A stretch of DNA of 64,000 nt from Phoronis australis (taxonomy: Eukaryota; Animalia; Phoronida): contig NMRA01000306.1 in NCBI GenBank assembly GCA_002633005.1, forward strand, positions 353,866-417,865. Direction: 5' to 3'. Position 1 is the first letter of the stretch. Every line of letters begins with the position of its first letter. A program made the position numbers and the translations under genes. This document shows positions 1 through 11,550 of this stretch, in pieces. The notes below the pieces were generated by a model. That model worked only from the letters and a program-made list of their open reading frames with translations, made no database searches and was not told the origin of the DNA.

Positions 1-713
1 GCCTTAATTGCATTTTCAGTTCAGAAAATTAGTTTACCCCAGGGTACACTGCTATCCAGACGAAAAGTTTTGTTCTTGACCAAGAGCAAACATACTGTAT
101 ATTTGGCGGTCCGGAATTTCTTCAATATATTGATGCGTATTACTTTTGTCTGATGCTTAGAGTCTCAAACGCAACGATCTCAAGGTTGTATACAGCGTAT
201 CTAGTCAAAAATTCAATCCAACATAATTGTCGATTAGTGATCTTCGGCGTCCACTGAAACCATGCACAAAATTGCCAAGGTTCACTTTAAATTCTGTGGG
301 TACACAAAAACAGTTAAAAAAGTATCACACTATCATAGAACTATGCACACTGTGTGGAGAAAAATTCCGGTTAATCCGGCGTGTCTTATTAATGAAAACG
401 ACGCCAATAATTCGATAACTTAGAAACGACGTGGAGGATTCTCATTTAGTGTATTTCAGAAATTACGTCCACGATGCCCTGCCCATCAAGTTAATATATT
501 CCCTTTGAACTTATTTGGTTCAAATGAGGCAAAAACACAACTTCAGACGAACACTGTGTAGGAGGAACAAGTCAGTAGATCCGGGCGACTGGCTTCCAGT
601 GAATAGTAGCGACAAACGCTATTAGTTCTCGTCCACTGTGGTCACTATTTCGAAGTTCCATATGCACTCCACATATGTACAATGTGGCGGAGGTTCTTTG
701 CATACTTCCTTAA

Positions 714-1991
714 GGTTATCTCCAACCTTATTTAGTGGCCTCTATTCTAACTCGTATATCAAAAATAAGCTTTGTCGACTAGTAAAATTATATTTTTTTC
801 TTAAAAAAAGATTAGGAATTATAAAAATAATTTTGTATTCATGTACCATTATTATTTTTATGTAAAAACCTTTTTCAAGTCAAAATTTTATTTTTAAGAA
901 AGGTATTTTCATAGCAAAATAACCCCTCTGTCGATTTTAATGAAAGGTTTTTAAATGAAAACTTCACCAGTTATCTCAAAAACGATGTTAGGAATTTTCC
1001 ATTAGTCGTTTCGTTTGGTTTCTATGACAAATCAACTCCCAAAACGTAAGGTGTCGCTAAAAAACGGAAGTCCGTTTTCGAGAACTCGTGTTCCGAAGTT
1101 CAAATAAAGTCGATTTGCCGAAGCCGAGAAAAAGTCGATTAAACTGTGACAAGTAAAAATCTCAAAGTCTTCGGTTAACTATTCGATGAAAACTTGTTTT
1201 CGGTACACATAATCTATAAAATCCTTAAATATGTTCGCTATTTCAATATTCACTCGCAATGTCAACTGATTTTGCAGTGCGTAATTAACTTAATTATCAT
1301 TAAAACGTACCGTATCCAGCTAACTCTTACTGTTGTTTGCGACCTTTTGACCCACTTTTATATAAATAGGTCATAGTTGATTGTTATACACATAGCCTGT
1401 ACACGTCACGTGCTTGGAGACTGATACGAAACCAAGTAAGAAATGGATAACAAAAATCGAATCGGTGGTTAAAGCATGTCCTTAGCATGAGATCGAAACA
1501 TTGAAATGTCAATTTATTAATTGAATGAAAGAATTAGGGTGAGGATTTATCTCTTCGCAACTGGCTGTGCACATGACCACAGAGGCCTGAGGCGACCGTA
1601 ATATTCGTTCTCACCGCCAACGGTCGTATGCATGTAGACGCACATCTCCCTAGATCAAAACTACGTTTTGTGTTTGTTTTCCCCGGCACCATTCTACCAT
1701 AAGTACACCTCGTTAACTCAATATTATGGCGATTTTGTGAATGAAAGGACTGAGGGCATACGAAGCTGTTCTGTACCTGGCGGGAGATTCGATTTGAATG
1801 AAAGCCGTTTAACCTATGACCTCGGATAAGTAGCAAACAAATATCCACGCCGTTGTGCGGTTTCAAGGTGGTCCGGTTAAATCTTTTTTTTCAAGCTGCT
1901 CAGTGTATATTTTGTATTTGAAGGTCCCCGAGAATGAAGATAAGGTATTTTGCAAAAATGGCATTTTTTGTAAATAAAGTTTGAGATAACC
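714..1991. mobile_element. Non-autonomous Kolobok-type DNA transposon (TTAA TSD, GG...CC termini)
   Basis: TTAA at 710-713 and 1992-1995. Left end GGTTATCTCCAACCTTATT versus right-end reverse complement GGTTATCTCAAACTTTATT (17/19). No recognisable coding remnant. TTAA TSD with RR...YY termini is the Kolobok signature (piggyBac starts CC). Confidence 0.75.
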
Positions 1992-2877
1992 TTAAACGAC
2001 ACATCCCTGTTCGACATTTTCCAGATGACATTTTCATAAAAATGTTACTCACTCACACAGCCACAGAGTGCCTTGTTAAAAAAGACCAGTTTTGCTAGTT
2101 TTAAAACTTAGCAGAAAACAAGAGTGCTGAAGTCACCATGCTTTGCATAGCCTCGCATAAGATCTTTAAACCTGTACATGGGAAACCAGGGTAGGACTTG
2201 AAGAAGATCAGACGTATTCCCCTCTAACGTTTTAGTTTAGCACTGCGGGCTATGAAAAGTAAAATAAAATAAAATGCAATTTGCTTAATGTGTCTCAAAA
2301 ATCTATTAACTGTTACACCCTGCGCAATTGCCGTGCTTAATATGTTAATTTGATTCCACTAAAAGATTGCTAACATATTCACATAAACTGAGCCTCAGTC
2401 AAAACAAAAGGGGGTTCAAACAACTAGATACGGTGGTAAAAACGTCTTTACATAACTAGACATCTTGAATTGATGTCACAGGTTTCAGCAAACATTGCTT
2501 GTTTGGACTGGATTTCATCAATGACTCAGCTCTAAACCGTTATCACAGAGGGATGATCGTAACAAAAGTACGCTTCATTTGACTGCAGATGTCTTCACGC
2601 ATTTTCTCGAAACCATATTTATATGGTCTGAGCTCAGTTTTACTAAATGACTCACCGCATTGGCAATTTTCTGCAATTTTTGATATGTGTAATGGTTTCG
2701 AAAGCTGTAGATTTTGGTGTGGTAAAGGCAGTGTTCATTTTGTCTCCACATGAGATTAAGGGATAAACAGGCTGCTGTGGTACATTGCTTGAATCATCTT
2801 TATGGTATCATTAAGCAGTACTGGTTGAAATTCGTTTCTTGACTTCATTTATTTTGATGGCATCTCAGACTTGTTAA

Positions 2878-4558
2878 AGGAGAATGCCACCCGGTTTAAT
2901 TAGGCTTTTTTGCCGTCTTAATCGGTTTATATCCACATCGCCTCGCATACGGTCGACCTTAGCTTGCCAAGAGGTGTCGCGTTAACATGTGAGGAAGGTG
3001 AGAAACGACGCTAGCAACGTCAGTGGTTCATATGCAGGGTGAATGCCGCTATGTTGCGGTGCATTGTTCCCGCTTGTCTGAACTATGAAACTGCGAAGAA
3101 ACCGGGTTTATCGTTTTTTTTTACTTCCTCGAGAGTCTGAAATGCTTAGGAAGTGGCTCATGGCAGTGAAGAATGAAATGTACGCTGTAAATAGCAAGTA
3201 TGAGGCCGTGAAACATCTACGTGTCTGTGGCCTGCAGACGTCGAAAGTGCCTGACGAATGCCGGCTTACCAAATAACTCCATACTTTCCGTTGTCTGAGC
3301 TTGTTCACGGTGCCTCTCTAGTATTTCTTCATCACTGTATTCCTGTTCGAATTGATAGCCTGTAAAATTTAACGATCCACCTGCGAAGTCAGGACTGCCG
3401 ATGAGCTCTAGCTCGTCCTAAGTCGGGATTGTGAGTTGCCGTTGGCGTTTATTACCGAGCGTTCTGTTTCATGAGTTATTCTCACCCTAACCAATACTTA
3501 TATAAAACTGAAACAAAGTCTGTCTCATTAGATGCAATTTGTAATGCCTTGAGTGTTCGTGAGTGCAAATGATTTGAGAAGCCAGCAATGAATAAATCAC
3601 TACGTTACCAGCTTTAGGTGCAATAAAACTATTTGACGGGACACCGAGGCCGTGTGAACTCATGCCGCTAATTTAGTGTTTGCTGGCAGAAACAGTTGTG
3701 AAACAACTCGATTTTCATCCCACGGCCAGGTGTTAGGGGAATCTTTATTTACATTTACATTACTCAAATAATGATTGTCAATGTACAACTTCTGCCCTGA
3801 CGGTGTTGAGTCCAAAGCGGAACCCGAGTAAATTCGCGGCCCCCGACGAGTAAGTAGATTTGCAGTTTCGTGGCTAATTCAACAACATAATCACGTGCAC
3901 ATACTTTGGCTAACTAGTATGGTATTTTCTTGACTGGAAGTTTAGTTTCCACTGAACTTTGGCTGGTTTTTGTTCGTGATGTCTGATCAGTTTCCGAGCC
4001 ACTGGCGGGGATAACGAGTCAATCCGGCCGGGCCGCGACGGGCCTGATCGGGCTCCGAGCCACTGGCCAGGATAACAAGCGTTTTGTGTTTAGAACTCAA
4101 AAAATCACAAGTCTAAACAACACAGATCTAGGTTCTTTTGTATGTATCTCACGGAAAATATTTCGAAATTATCTCCGAACAGACCCCAAACTCCTGCTAC
4201 GGACCTTATTGGCCTGCCGAACTTTGTAGGCTACGATGTGTCCAAACACCAATAAATCCGTAAGAGCGAAATAGAACAACACGTTTTTATAAGAACTCGG
4301 TGTATTTTCAAGGGTTTTACATCGAAGTTTGATGATTTGTTGGTGTTAAACGATGACTTCAAGCGATAAGCTGACACCAGTAACCCGTGTTGTGAACTGC
4401 TGAACAGACTGCGTGTGAAACCGATGACGTCATTGGATAATTTCAACACCTCCGTCTGCCGTCAGGTGCCAGGTAACGCAACCGTACGTGTCGTTATGGA
4501 GTAGAACTACTCAATCTAAATTGATACAAATTAGGTTGTTTTTGGGTGGCATGCTCCT
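2878..4558 (+). mobile_element. Kolobok family A deletion derivative, copy 1 (THAP stub +, KolX stub -)
   Basis: TTAA at 2874-2877 and 4559-4562; TIR AGGAGAATGCCACCC / GGGTGGCATGCTCCT (14/15). Frameshifted THAP from ATG 3051 (MLRCIVPAC...FFLLPRESEMLRKWLMAVKN...HLRVC). Minus-strand KolX motif GYQFEQEYSDEEILER near 3310-3360. Colinear with copies at 22523 and 41602. Confidence 0.9.
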
Positions 4559-4849
4559 TTAAATGGCGTTACTTATATGAATTATTACTGTCGTATCAGC
4601 AGAATCAAACAACATCGGACGATATTCAAATGAATACCAAATTCGCTCACGAGTTCTTCAGGGATAATTTTGGGATAAGCATATATTAGCCTTTTCTCCT
4701 TACAAAATTGAATCGCGTGGAATGCAGAGTTGGAAGAGGACATGAAAAATACAGTTGGTAATGTTTTAATTTTCCTATCATGACTCTTACGGATACGACA
4801 TTTTAGTTGTTTGTTGTGCTACTCTAGATAAATGATACTCATGTTTTAT

Positions 4850-5400
4850 CAGGTGTGTCAAAAAGGAGCCACTTTTTGACAAGTAATTTCTCTGCAAAGG
4901 ATAAACCGATTTTTTCAAATTTCTTACAGATGAACCGTAGAATATCATCAACACATGTACAAAAAGATCTGTGTCCAATTGTTCGAGTATGACTGTGAAA
5001 TTAAAAACACCAGGTAAAAAATAAAAGGGAAGCTCGCTTATTTCAGTCTATGCTCAATGTGGCCTCCGTATTCCTCCACGACTATACGGAGTCGTTTCTT
5101 CCAATCAGAAAAGCTTTTCCGTATTTCTTCCATCAAGATTTCTTCGCGTGACATAATTATCATGTCTTTTAACTCCTGCTCAGTAAATTGCCTCTCATTC
5201 CACGGTAAACAATCTCCCTCAGAGAGTCCCATATGGCTTAGTCTATTGGATTGCAGTCAGGAATGATTGGAGGCCACACATCCTTTTTGATAAATGTTGC
5301 TGTGGCCTCCTTCAGATGAGCCTGAGTTATCTTTCTCGTGTGTGAAGGAGGCCCACCTTGTTGAAACACTTAATTGTTTCCAGGATAAAGTCGCCTGCAA
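4850..5400 (-). mobile_element. Tc1/mariner superfamily, DD37D (maT-like) transposase 3' fragment with one probable terminus
   Basis: Minus strand reads VFQQ[G]GPPSHTRKITQAHLKEATATFIKKDVWPPIIPDCNPID*AIWDSL then EEIRKSFSDWKKRLRIVVEEYGGHIEH. There are 37 residues between the mutated second catalytic position and the final D. Terminus-like CAGGTGTGTCAAAAA at 4850. Confidence 0.8.
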
Positions 5401-6189
5401 TCCGGAAGAATAACTGCATGTAGCGTAGACTATCAACTTTGGCTCTATCTGCGTCGGTAAAATGAATGTTTTTGTAGAGTACATGTCAACTAGACTATAG
5501 CTCACTCCAATATCTCCACATGTCCAAAGCGTTACACTAATGAACATCCAGTGGTACAGCAAAAAGATAAAGAGCATGAACTATACGACTGGCGATAAAC
5601 GATAACGAGCTGATGGATGGGGATTCATTCTACAATTGAGAGAACAGATTGACATCGCAAAAATCACAAAAGTATGTTTATCGTGTAATCAAACGAATGC
5701 GATTTTGCGCTCAATGAGTTTAAAATGGTACGGGATATCAAAGGTGTGTATAGTTTAGAAAACATCAATGCATTGTTATCAAAACAATGACTTCATACAA
5801 GCTTTTAGAGACGCCTTTCTTTCTATGCCAACAACTCTGGTGTTTTACTGTCCTTCTGAAGGCATTATACTGTTGGAATTGTTACATTTAGACGGATAAC
5901 AAAGGTTTTGGGAAAGCACTTCCTTTCCAGTCACCGTGTGGCGAAATGGGGGCGGCTTTCCCGTAATCCGCCATCTTGTGCATGCACAAGAGGGACAGTG
6001 TTAGGACCTCGGTAGATTGAATATGAATTTAGCCAATAGAGGGGGTTTCAGCGATAGCAATTTAGCGCGCTTGTAATAGTAGCAGAGCTCTAGTTGTATT
6101 AAGAACATGTTTATTTGTTTGTATCGAGTGCTATAAATTCTGACTCTTGTGTGGAGCTAGTGAAACCGTGGCTAACGTTGCAAATTTCT

Positions 6190-6450
6190 AGATATTGACA
6201 AGCAGCGTGCTCCAAACTGCACGTGCGTACTTGTCAGAAGAAAAACGGGTGCTTGATCTTCCTAAATAATCTAGGGATGGTTTATTTACAGCTTTTTGAC
6301 AGTCTAGTAGATGAATTTCTAAAAGATACCTTACTCTCCCGTCCACTTGTAATGGGAAACGGTCTTGAATTCTCACATCAGGGAATTATCGCACTTCAGT
6401 TGAGGTAGAAAAAACGCACTGCATGATTGACATAGTTTGCGAAACTTAGT
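6190..6450 (+). pseudogene. Possible relic of a hAT transposase C-terminal dimerisation domain
   Basis: Broken reading AYLSEE...KRYLTLPSTCNGKRS..FS(T)SGN resembles the hAT motif xKYLxIPATSxxSERxFSxxG. Multiple frameshifts; no termini found. Confidence 0.3.
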
Positions 6451-7970
6451 GCCGTTGACATCAGAACTTCTGCGTCCCAGTAGGACAAGTGAGGAAAGCT
6501 TATCGCATCTTCCTCAACCTTACAATTTGTGTATATCTTCATTGTAACTTAGTGTACAGAAATAAAATGTGGCTTCAGGATGTCACGTTACAAAATGATT
6601 TTACTGTAAGGTGGTGATTTAAACGGCAGGAGTGCACAACTGTGGGGAAAGTGCACCACGGATGCTAAGAGTTGTAGGTAACTGCCGCAGAATCACAGAA
6701 GGCTCTGTGTAGCATATTGTTTACTTGTTCCCAACTAAATATTCAGTATAATGGACGAAACCGTGAATGGGTGTATATATTTCGGGTATCAAAAGCTCAT
6801 TTCATAATTAACTGTCCGCAAAGTTGTTGACGATTCGTATACAGATTACTAATACTTTGATACCTATGGCGACACTTTTATTATATATCGATCATTTCTC
6901 GTGACCGATTATTTCTAATCTCTAGTTTGACCAACGGCATAATAACTGATGCGACTCGTTGCAAAACTCTACAGGCACTTCGTTTTAACTCTCTTACTGC
7001 AGGCGTTTTCAGAAAAAGAAACCGGAGGATAATTTACAAGATCATTTTGGCAATCATTTGAAGTTAGAAAATACAATTTCTCTTGATCTCATCACAAAAC
7101 CACAGCGTGTCTAAAAATAAAATCAATAAAAAGAATAAATTGTTCCCACAGATCGAGCACGTTTCAATCATTCCTCGTTAGTTATGTTATTTGCTGGCAG
7201 TGTGCCGTCGCTCGGGACTCGTCGTTTCTTACAGATGACTGGGTATAACCTGTGATCGCGAATGAGCTGCACTCCACGTTCTAGGGCGTTGGGTTGCGAT
7301 GTATAAAAACTTGAAATGAGAAATCTAAAAGTCAACTGTGTTAAATTTAGTGATCATCTGATATCCTTACACAAAGTGTAGACCCAAGTAACGCCTGTCA
7401 ATCACACTGTGTTCGGCTCCCCTGTAACTGACGGTGTCTTTGTATCATTTCTTGTAGTTGGTCCTAGCAAGGTGGCCACTCCGAAACATGACAAGCCGAC
7501 TTAAATCCATAGTTGGTTTTACCACGGACACAAAATGCCACGCTTATCTTATCTTACGTTTTAAATAAATCCCCTTCATTTTTTGGGGTTTATCGCGCCA
7601 TTAATTCATCAGCTGCGGACACGGCATAAAAATTTGAGTGAGTTTGCGACTATGCGTACTCTCCCTAATGAATGATTAAGTGCCATCTGTCAGCCCACAA
7701 TCCGGTATTTAGTCCAGGATTTAACGGTGTCATATCGTTTCAAGAAGTAATACCATATGTTTACGTTTTGACCCAAATGTGTCTATTAATGAATCCAATA
7801 CACGCGAACAAAGCCAGAGAAAATTTTAAACATAATTGTTCTGTGACGGAATCTTGTCTTAGCTGTAACAAGAATTTTACGTGGATTCCACCAAGAATTG
7901 AATGAAACGCTTGGGACAAAGAACAGTCAAATAACATTCAGTGTTAAAACATGCGGAGAGATAAACACCA

Positions 7971-8077
7971 TACGCGTGTAAGTGAAGCTTAGAAGCACGT
8001 GCCTACTATACTTCTGAAAACACGTTAAGGGATAACCACTTACGCGTGTAAGTGAGGTTTAGGCGCACGTGCCTATG
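7971..8077 (+). repeat. Imperfect direct repeat (about 35 bp, 70 bp period)
   Basis: TACGCGTGTAAGTGAagcTTAGaaGCACGTGCCTA at 7971 and TACGCGTGTAAGTGAggtTTAGgcGCACGTGCCTA at 8041. Confidence 0.8.
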
Positions 8078-8379
8078 CAAAAATCATTAAAAATGTTTGT
8101 TGGACAAAAACATCATTTATTTCGAATGACGCCGCCCGAGACTAAATGCGATGAACATTTACAAAGCTTATGACAACACAAGAGTAATGGTCACTGTTGT
8201 TCGGGACTACATGTACGTACATGTATAAACCAATTAATCGGCACAACACAACGTTCATTCTCAGGCATTTACCCACAATGCAACACATGACTCAAGCCTT
8301 TGTTTTGCTTCCTTAGGACCAAATGTAGTAGTCACTCTCCTTTAACCTATTAGTGCAATTCATCATTGTAATGGAGGGG

Positions 8380-8920
8380 AAATTGTGAAATTGCATTTCG
8401 AGAAATAGACATACGAATGGCAAATACATGTCTCAGCGATGTTGGATGTGCTTCCCTTGATAATCAGCTCTGTCGAGTTTCTGTAGGTATATTTAGATAG
8501 CCCAGTGAGCGTATATATGGGTAATCCTCCGCAGATACACTGTACGACCATTTGGGAAATATGCATAGTTGAACCCTAAAACGTTACCCAGTTTTACCAA
8601 AACAGCAAATAAAATAAATTTGCAAAAATAAACTCCTGGCTGTCTTTGGGTTCATACCTGTGATTTTATCACAGTGTATTTGATAATTCGATACGTTAAT
8701 CAAAATTCTCAAAGTTCCGCCAATTTCTGGTTCTTTGTACAGGTTCATCATCAATACTGCTGCATTAAGGCCGGTATCTTCCCTAACAGGTTCACCGAAA
8801 ACGTCCTCTTCACTATGTACGCTACACCATCAGTCCCAGTACAAGCAGACAACATACGTCTATTTCAAAGTTTGGATTTCGATTTTCTAGTTTAGTGCCT
8901 CAATGTTCTCAACATTCTCT
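8380..8920 (-). pseudogene. Highly degraded non-LTR retrotransposon AP-endonuclease relic (RTE-like)
   Basis: Ordered motif remnants across frameshifts: NV/RTL, IDVCCL, GVAYIV, MNLY, ITGMNPK, PNGR, YTYRNST. These match the APE motif order WNVRTL-DIxCLQE-GVxxxV-xxY-GDFNAK-NxNG-TY. Confidence 0.35.
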
Positions 8921-11028
8921 CATATGATACTTTTCTTTCTACTGCAATCGTATTTTCACCGTAACAACATATTTTCATCACTGGTATTTGAATGGGAAAT
9001 AAATGTCCCGGGAATTTTCCATTTGCGCACCGGCTAAATATGTAACCGGACAAGATGCCGATTCCCGATCATGGCCGTCAGTTGTGTTAACAACAAAAAT
9101 GACTGGTAAAAAGTATTATGGCGGGAAATTTGCAATTGCAGAAAGCTTGAGCAATTTTACTATTTTTCTTGTTAACCCCGTTTCATTCTCGGTCATGAGG
9201 GAAGGCTATTATGAGGATGAATTCAGCTTCCGCAAAGTCGTCATTACCTGGACTTCCGGGTCACACTGTCTGAAAACTTTTGCCGTGACACCGGATCGAA
9301 TTTTCGCTATTTCCAAACTTACGGTCTGGCGTGTATGTGGACTTGTTGTTTGGTCTTTAAATTCATACTTTCTGAATTATTATGCTGCATTTTTCCAAAG
9401 AATTTTCCTGTACCTGCGATTTGCACATGCATACATTGCCTTCGCCATGTGCAATCAGCTTTAATGACTAAAAAATCAAGTGCATCGTGTATCGAGGGTA
9501 GACTTCATATCAGGACGTTACGAACAAACCTCGGCCATGGCAAAAGCTTATGATAATCAGAGTTAGCCACAAACTATAGTAACAGCATACTCTGTTATTG
9601 CTACACTAATACTCCGTGTGTAGTTCAGTTCTTGCCAAGAAGGTAGGTTGATCGCACTCGTTGAACGTTAGTTACGACGTCTGAAAATTGCCCTTATGTT
9701 GCAGCAAAACTGTTAATTACTGGCAACATTATTTTGTGTCACGCCGTCGACATCCTCACAGTAAAATTATGGCACTTCACATTTACACTCTTATCCGACA
9801 GTGAAAAACATGATCGATATTATACATTTAAGAGTATACTAGTCTGTTAGTTGTCACTCGATTTTTCTCACGTAAGTAAGACACTTCACATTCTAGCGGC
9901 GTTTCACCCCATACTTACATGGAGTATCGTTTTGCAGCCTACTGATTAGCCGAAATTAGGTTGGGTACTCATGTAAAAAGTATTGCTGCGCGCATGATTG
10001 GCGTAGTCTCGCCCGTAAGCTATGCAAAAGCCGGGGTAGTGCTATGCTGCGCAGAAATCATGACGTATAGTAGCTTAGTTATGGAAAGGCTTTCGTAAAA
10101 GCTACACACTTTCTGCGTCCAATGCTTTACACAGAAAGCCACTGGCAAAACATGCATTTTGGCATCCATCTCAGTGTTCATGTACGTCTTTCATCGTATT
10201 GCTCGTAGGCCAGCGGAGTCAGAGAGAGAACAGCGTATTAGTCGATACACAGAATCACGCAACTCTACGCAGGCTCACAACGAGCACTTCGAAAAACCTG
10301 CAGTTCACGCAGCATATCGAACTACGCCAACAAAACTATTTTAAGACCATAATGAATAGAAGCTCTACTTATTCTCATTCCACAGTAATACTAACACCGA
10401 TGGCTTCCACCAATGTGCACCTGTTTACCTAAAAGTTCAATGCACACGTAAAGTAGACTCTTCTACGTGCGTGTGTTCTATGAAGAACGCAGTTTTGGTT
10501 GCAAAGCATAATTTTACTCAAACCAATCAGGTTGAGAGTCGCGTGATGAATTACCTTTTGACACTCTAATTACTACATAATTTTTCATGACATAGTCTTA
10601 ATACCATTTGAGCCCACGCCGACGACAAAATAATAGCTCCTTTAAGTGAGATTGCGTGCTGCCAGCTCATTTACTTCACAAGCCAACTCCAGCGTGTACT
10701 AGTTCACTAATATCCGGACAAAGTTATCTCCACATGTAACCGTGCACATGTGATATTTTCAGATGAAAAAGTATGACATTGCCTTAAAGTGTACACAACA
10801 TGACTCTAGTACCTCAAAATAAATTTTATTATTATATCTTACTTGATTTCAGTGCCTTTAGTGCACAGCTCATAAAGAAACACGCAAAAATTGAAAAAAA
10901 TAATAATTATGTACAACGTCATGGGTTGAACTCAAGTCGTTCGCCATACCGTTCGGATCAGAGACAAAGTGTATAGATTGAAGAGAATGCAAAGTACATT
11001 TAGCGTCGAGAAGGTTCGTAGAGGGATC

Positions 11029-11263
11029 AAAAGATGTGTTTCCGGAGCCTGCAGCAACAACATCCAGGCGGAAACTTCTCGGTGTTCCGAAGGACACCAA
11101 AGTTGCGCAGAAGTGGCATGACTTCGTGCGCCGAACGAGAGTGTGGGACGTCATCGTGGACCAAGCGATTCGGTCCGGGGCCACTCTGTGTTCTGCCCAC
11201 TTTGAGGACACGTGTTTCGACTCCAGTCACAGGAGACGTTACGATGAAGGCCTGGTTCAATAA
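11029..11263 (+). pseudogene. THAP zinc-finger stub of Kolobok transposase (family B)
   Basis: KRCVSGACSNN [frameshift] PKDTKVAQKWHDFVRRTR...LCSAHFEDTCF: C2CH ligands plus the conserved P, W and F of THAP domains. Confidence 0.85.
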
Positions 11264-11299
11264 AGGGCAATATTTATCATTCAGAAACATCAGCTCTTA

Positions 11300-11550
11300 A
11301 TTCAGGATCGTCTGTTGGATGACTGGGTTCAGTTGACTCGCCGAGCCCGAGGCCGCTTCTCTCGCGGGAGGATCCAGTTCATAAGGCTCAAAGTAGAAAA
11401 GTACGCAGCCGGAAGCACATTAAACTTGTTCTCGCTTTCGTGCAACCCCATTTCCTCATCCTGGCCACCATTCCCATACGTTTCTTCATAGTATTCGTTC
11501 AATTCTTGCTCTTAATCATCGTCACTTTCAAATTCCCTGGTCTCCGCCAT
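11300..11550 (-). pseudogene. Probable KolX N-terminal stub (family B)
   Basis: ATG at 11550 gives acidic MAETREFESDDD*EQELNEYYEETYG..., then FEPYELDPP after a frameshift. It is convergent with the THAP stub, the position expected for KolX. Confidence 0.5.

Noticed and set aside
2878-4558. piggyBac or P-element assignment for the TTAA/THAP elements
   Set aside because: Termini are AG/GG rather than the CC of piggyBac, the TSD is TTAA rather than the 8 bp of P elements, and KolX is present, all of which indicate Kolobok.
8490-8820. Two-exon minus-strand gene with an ~80-bp GT-AG intron (..CDKITG|FNYAYFPNG..)
   Set aside because: There is an upstream in-frame stop and no convincing start, and the same bases are better explained as a decayed LINE endonuclease.
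9003-9464. 153-aa ATG-initiated ORF
   Set aside because: No recognisable domain or splice context; compatible with a chance ORF.
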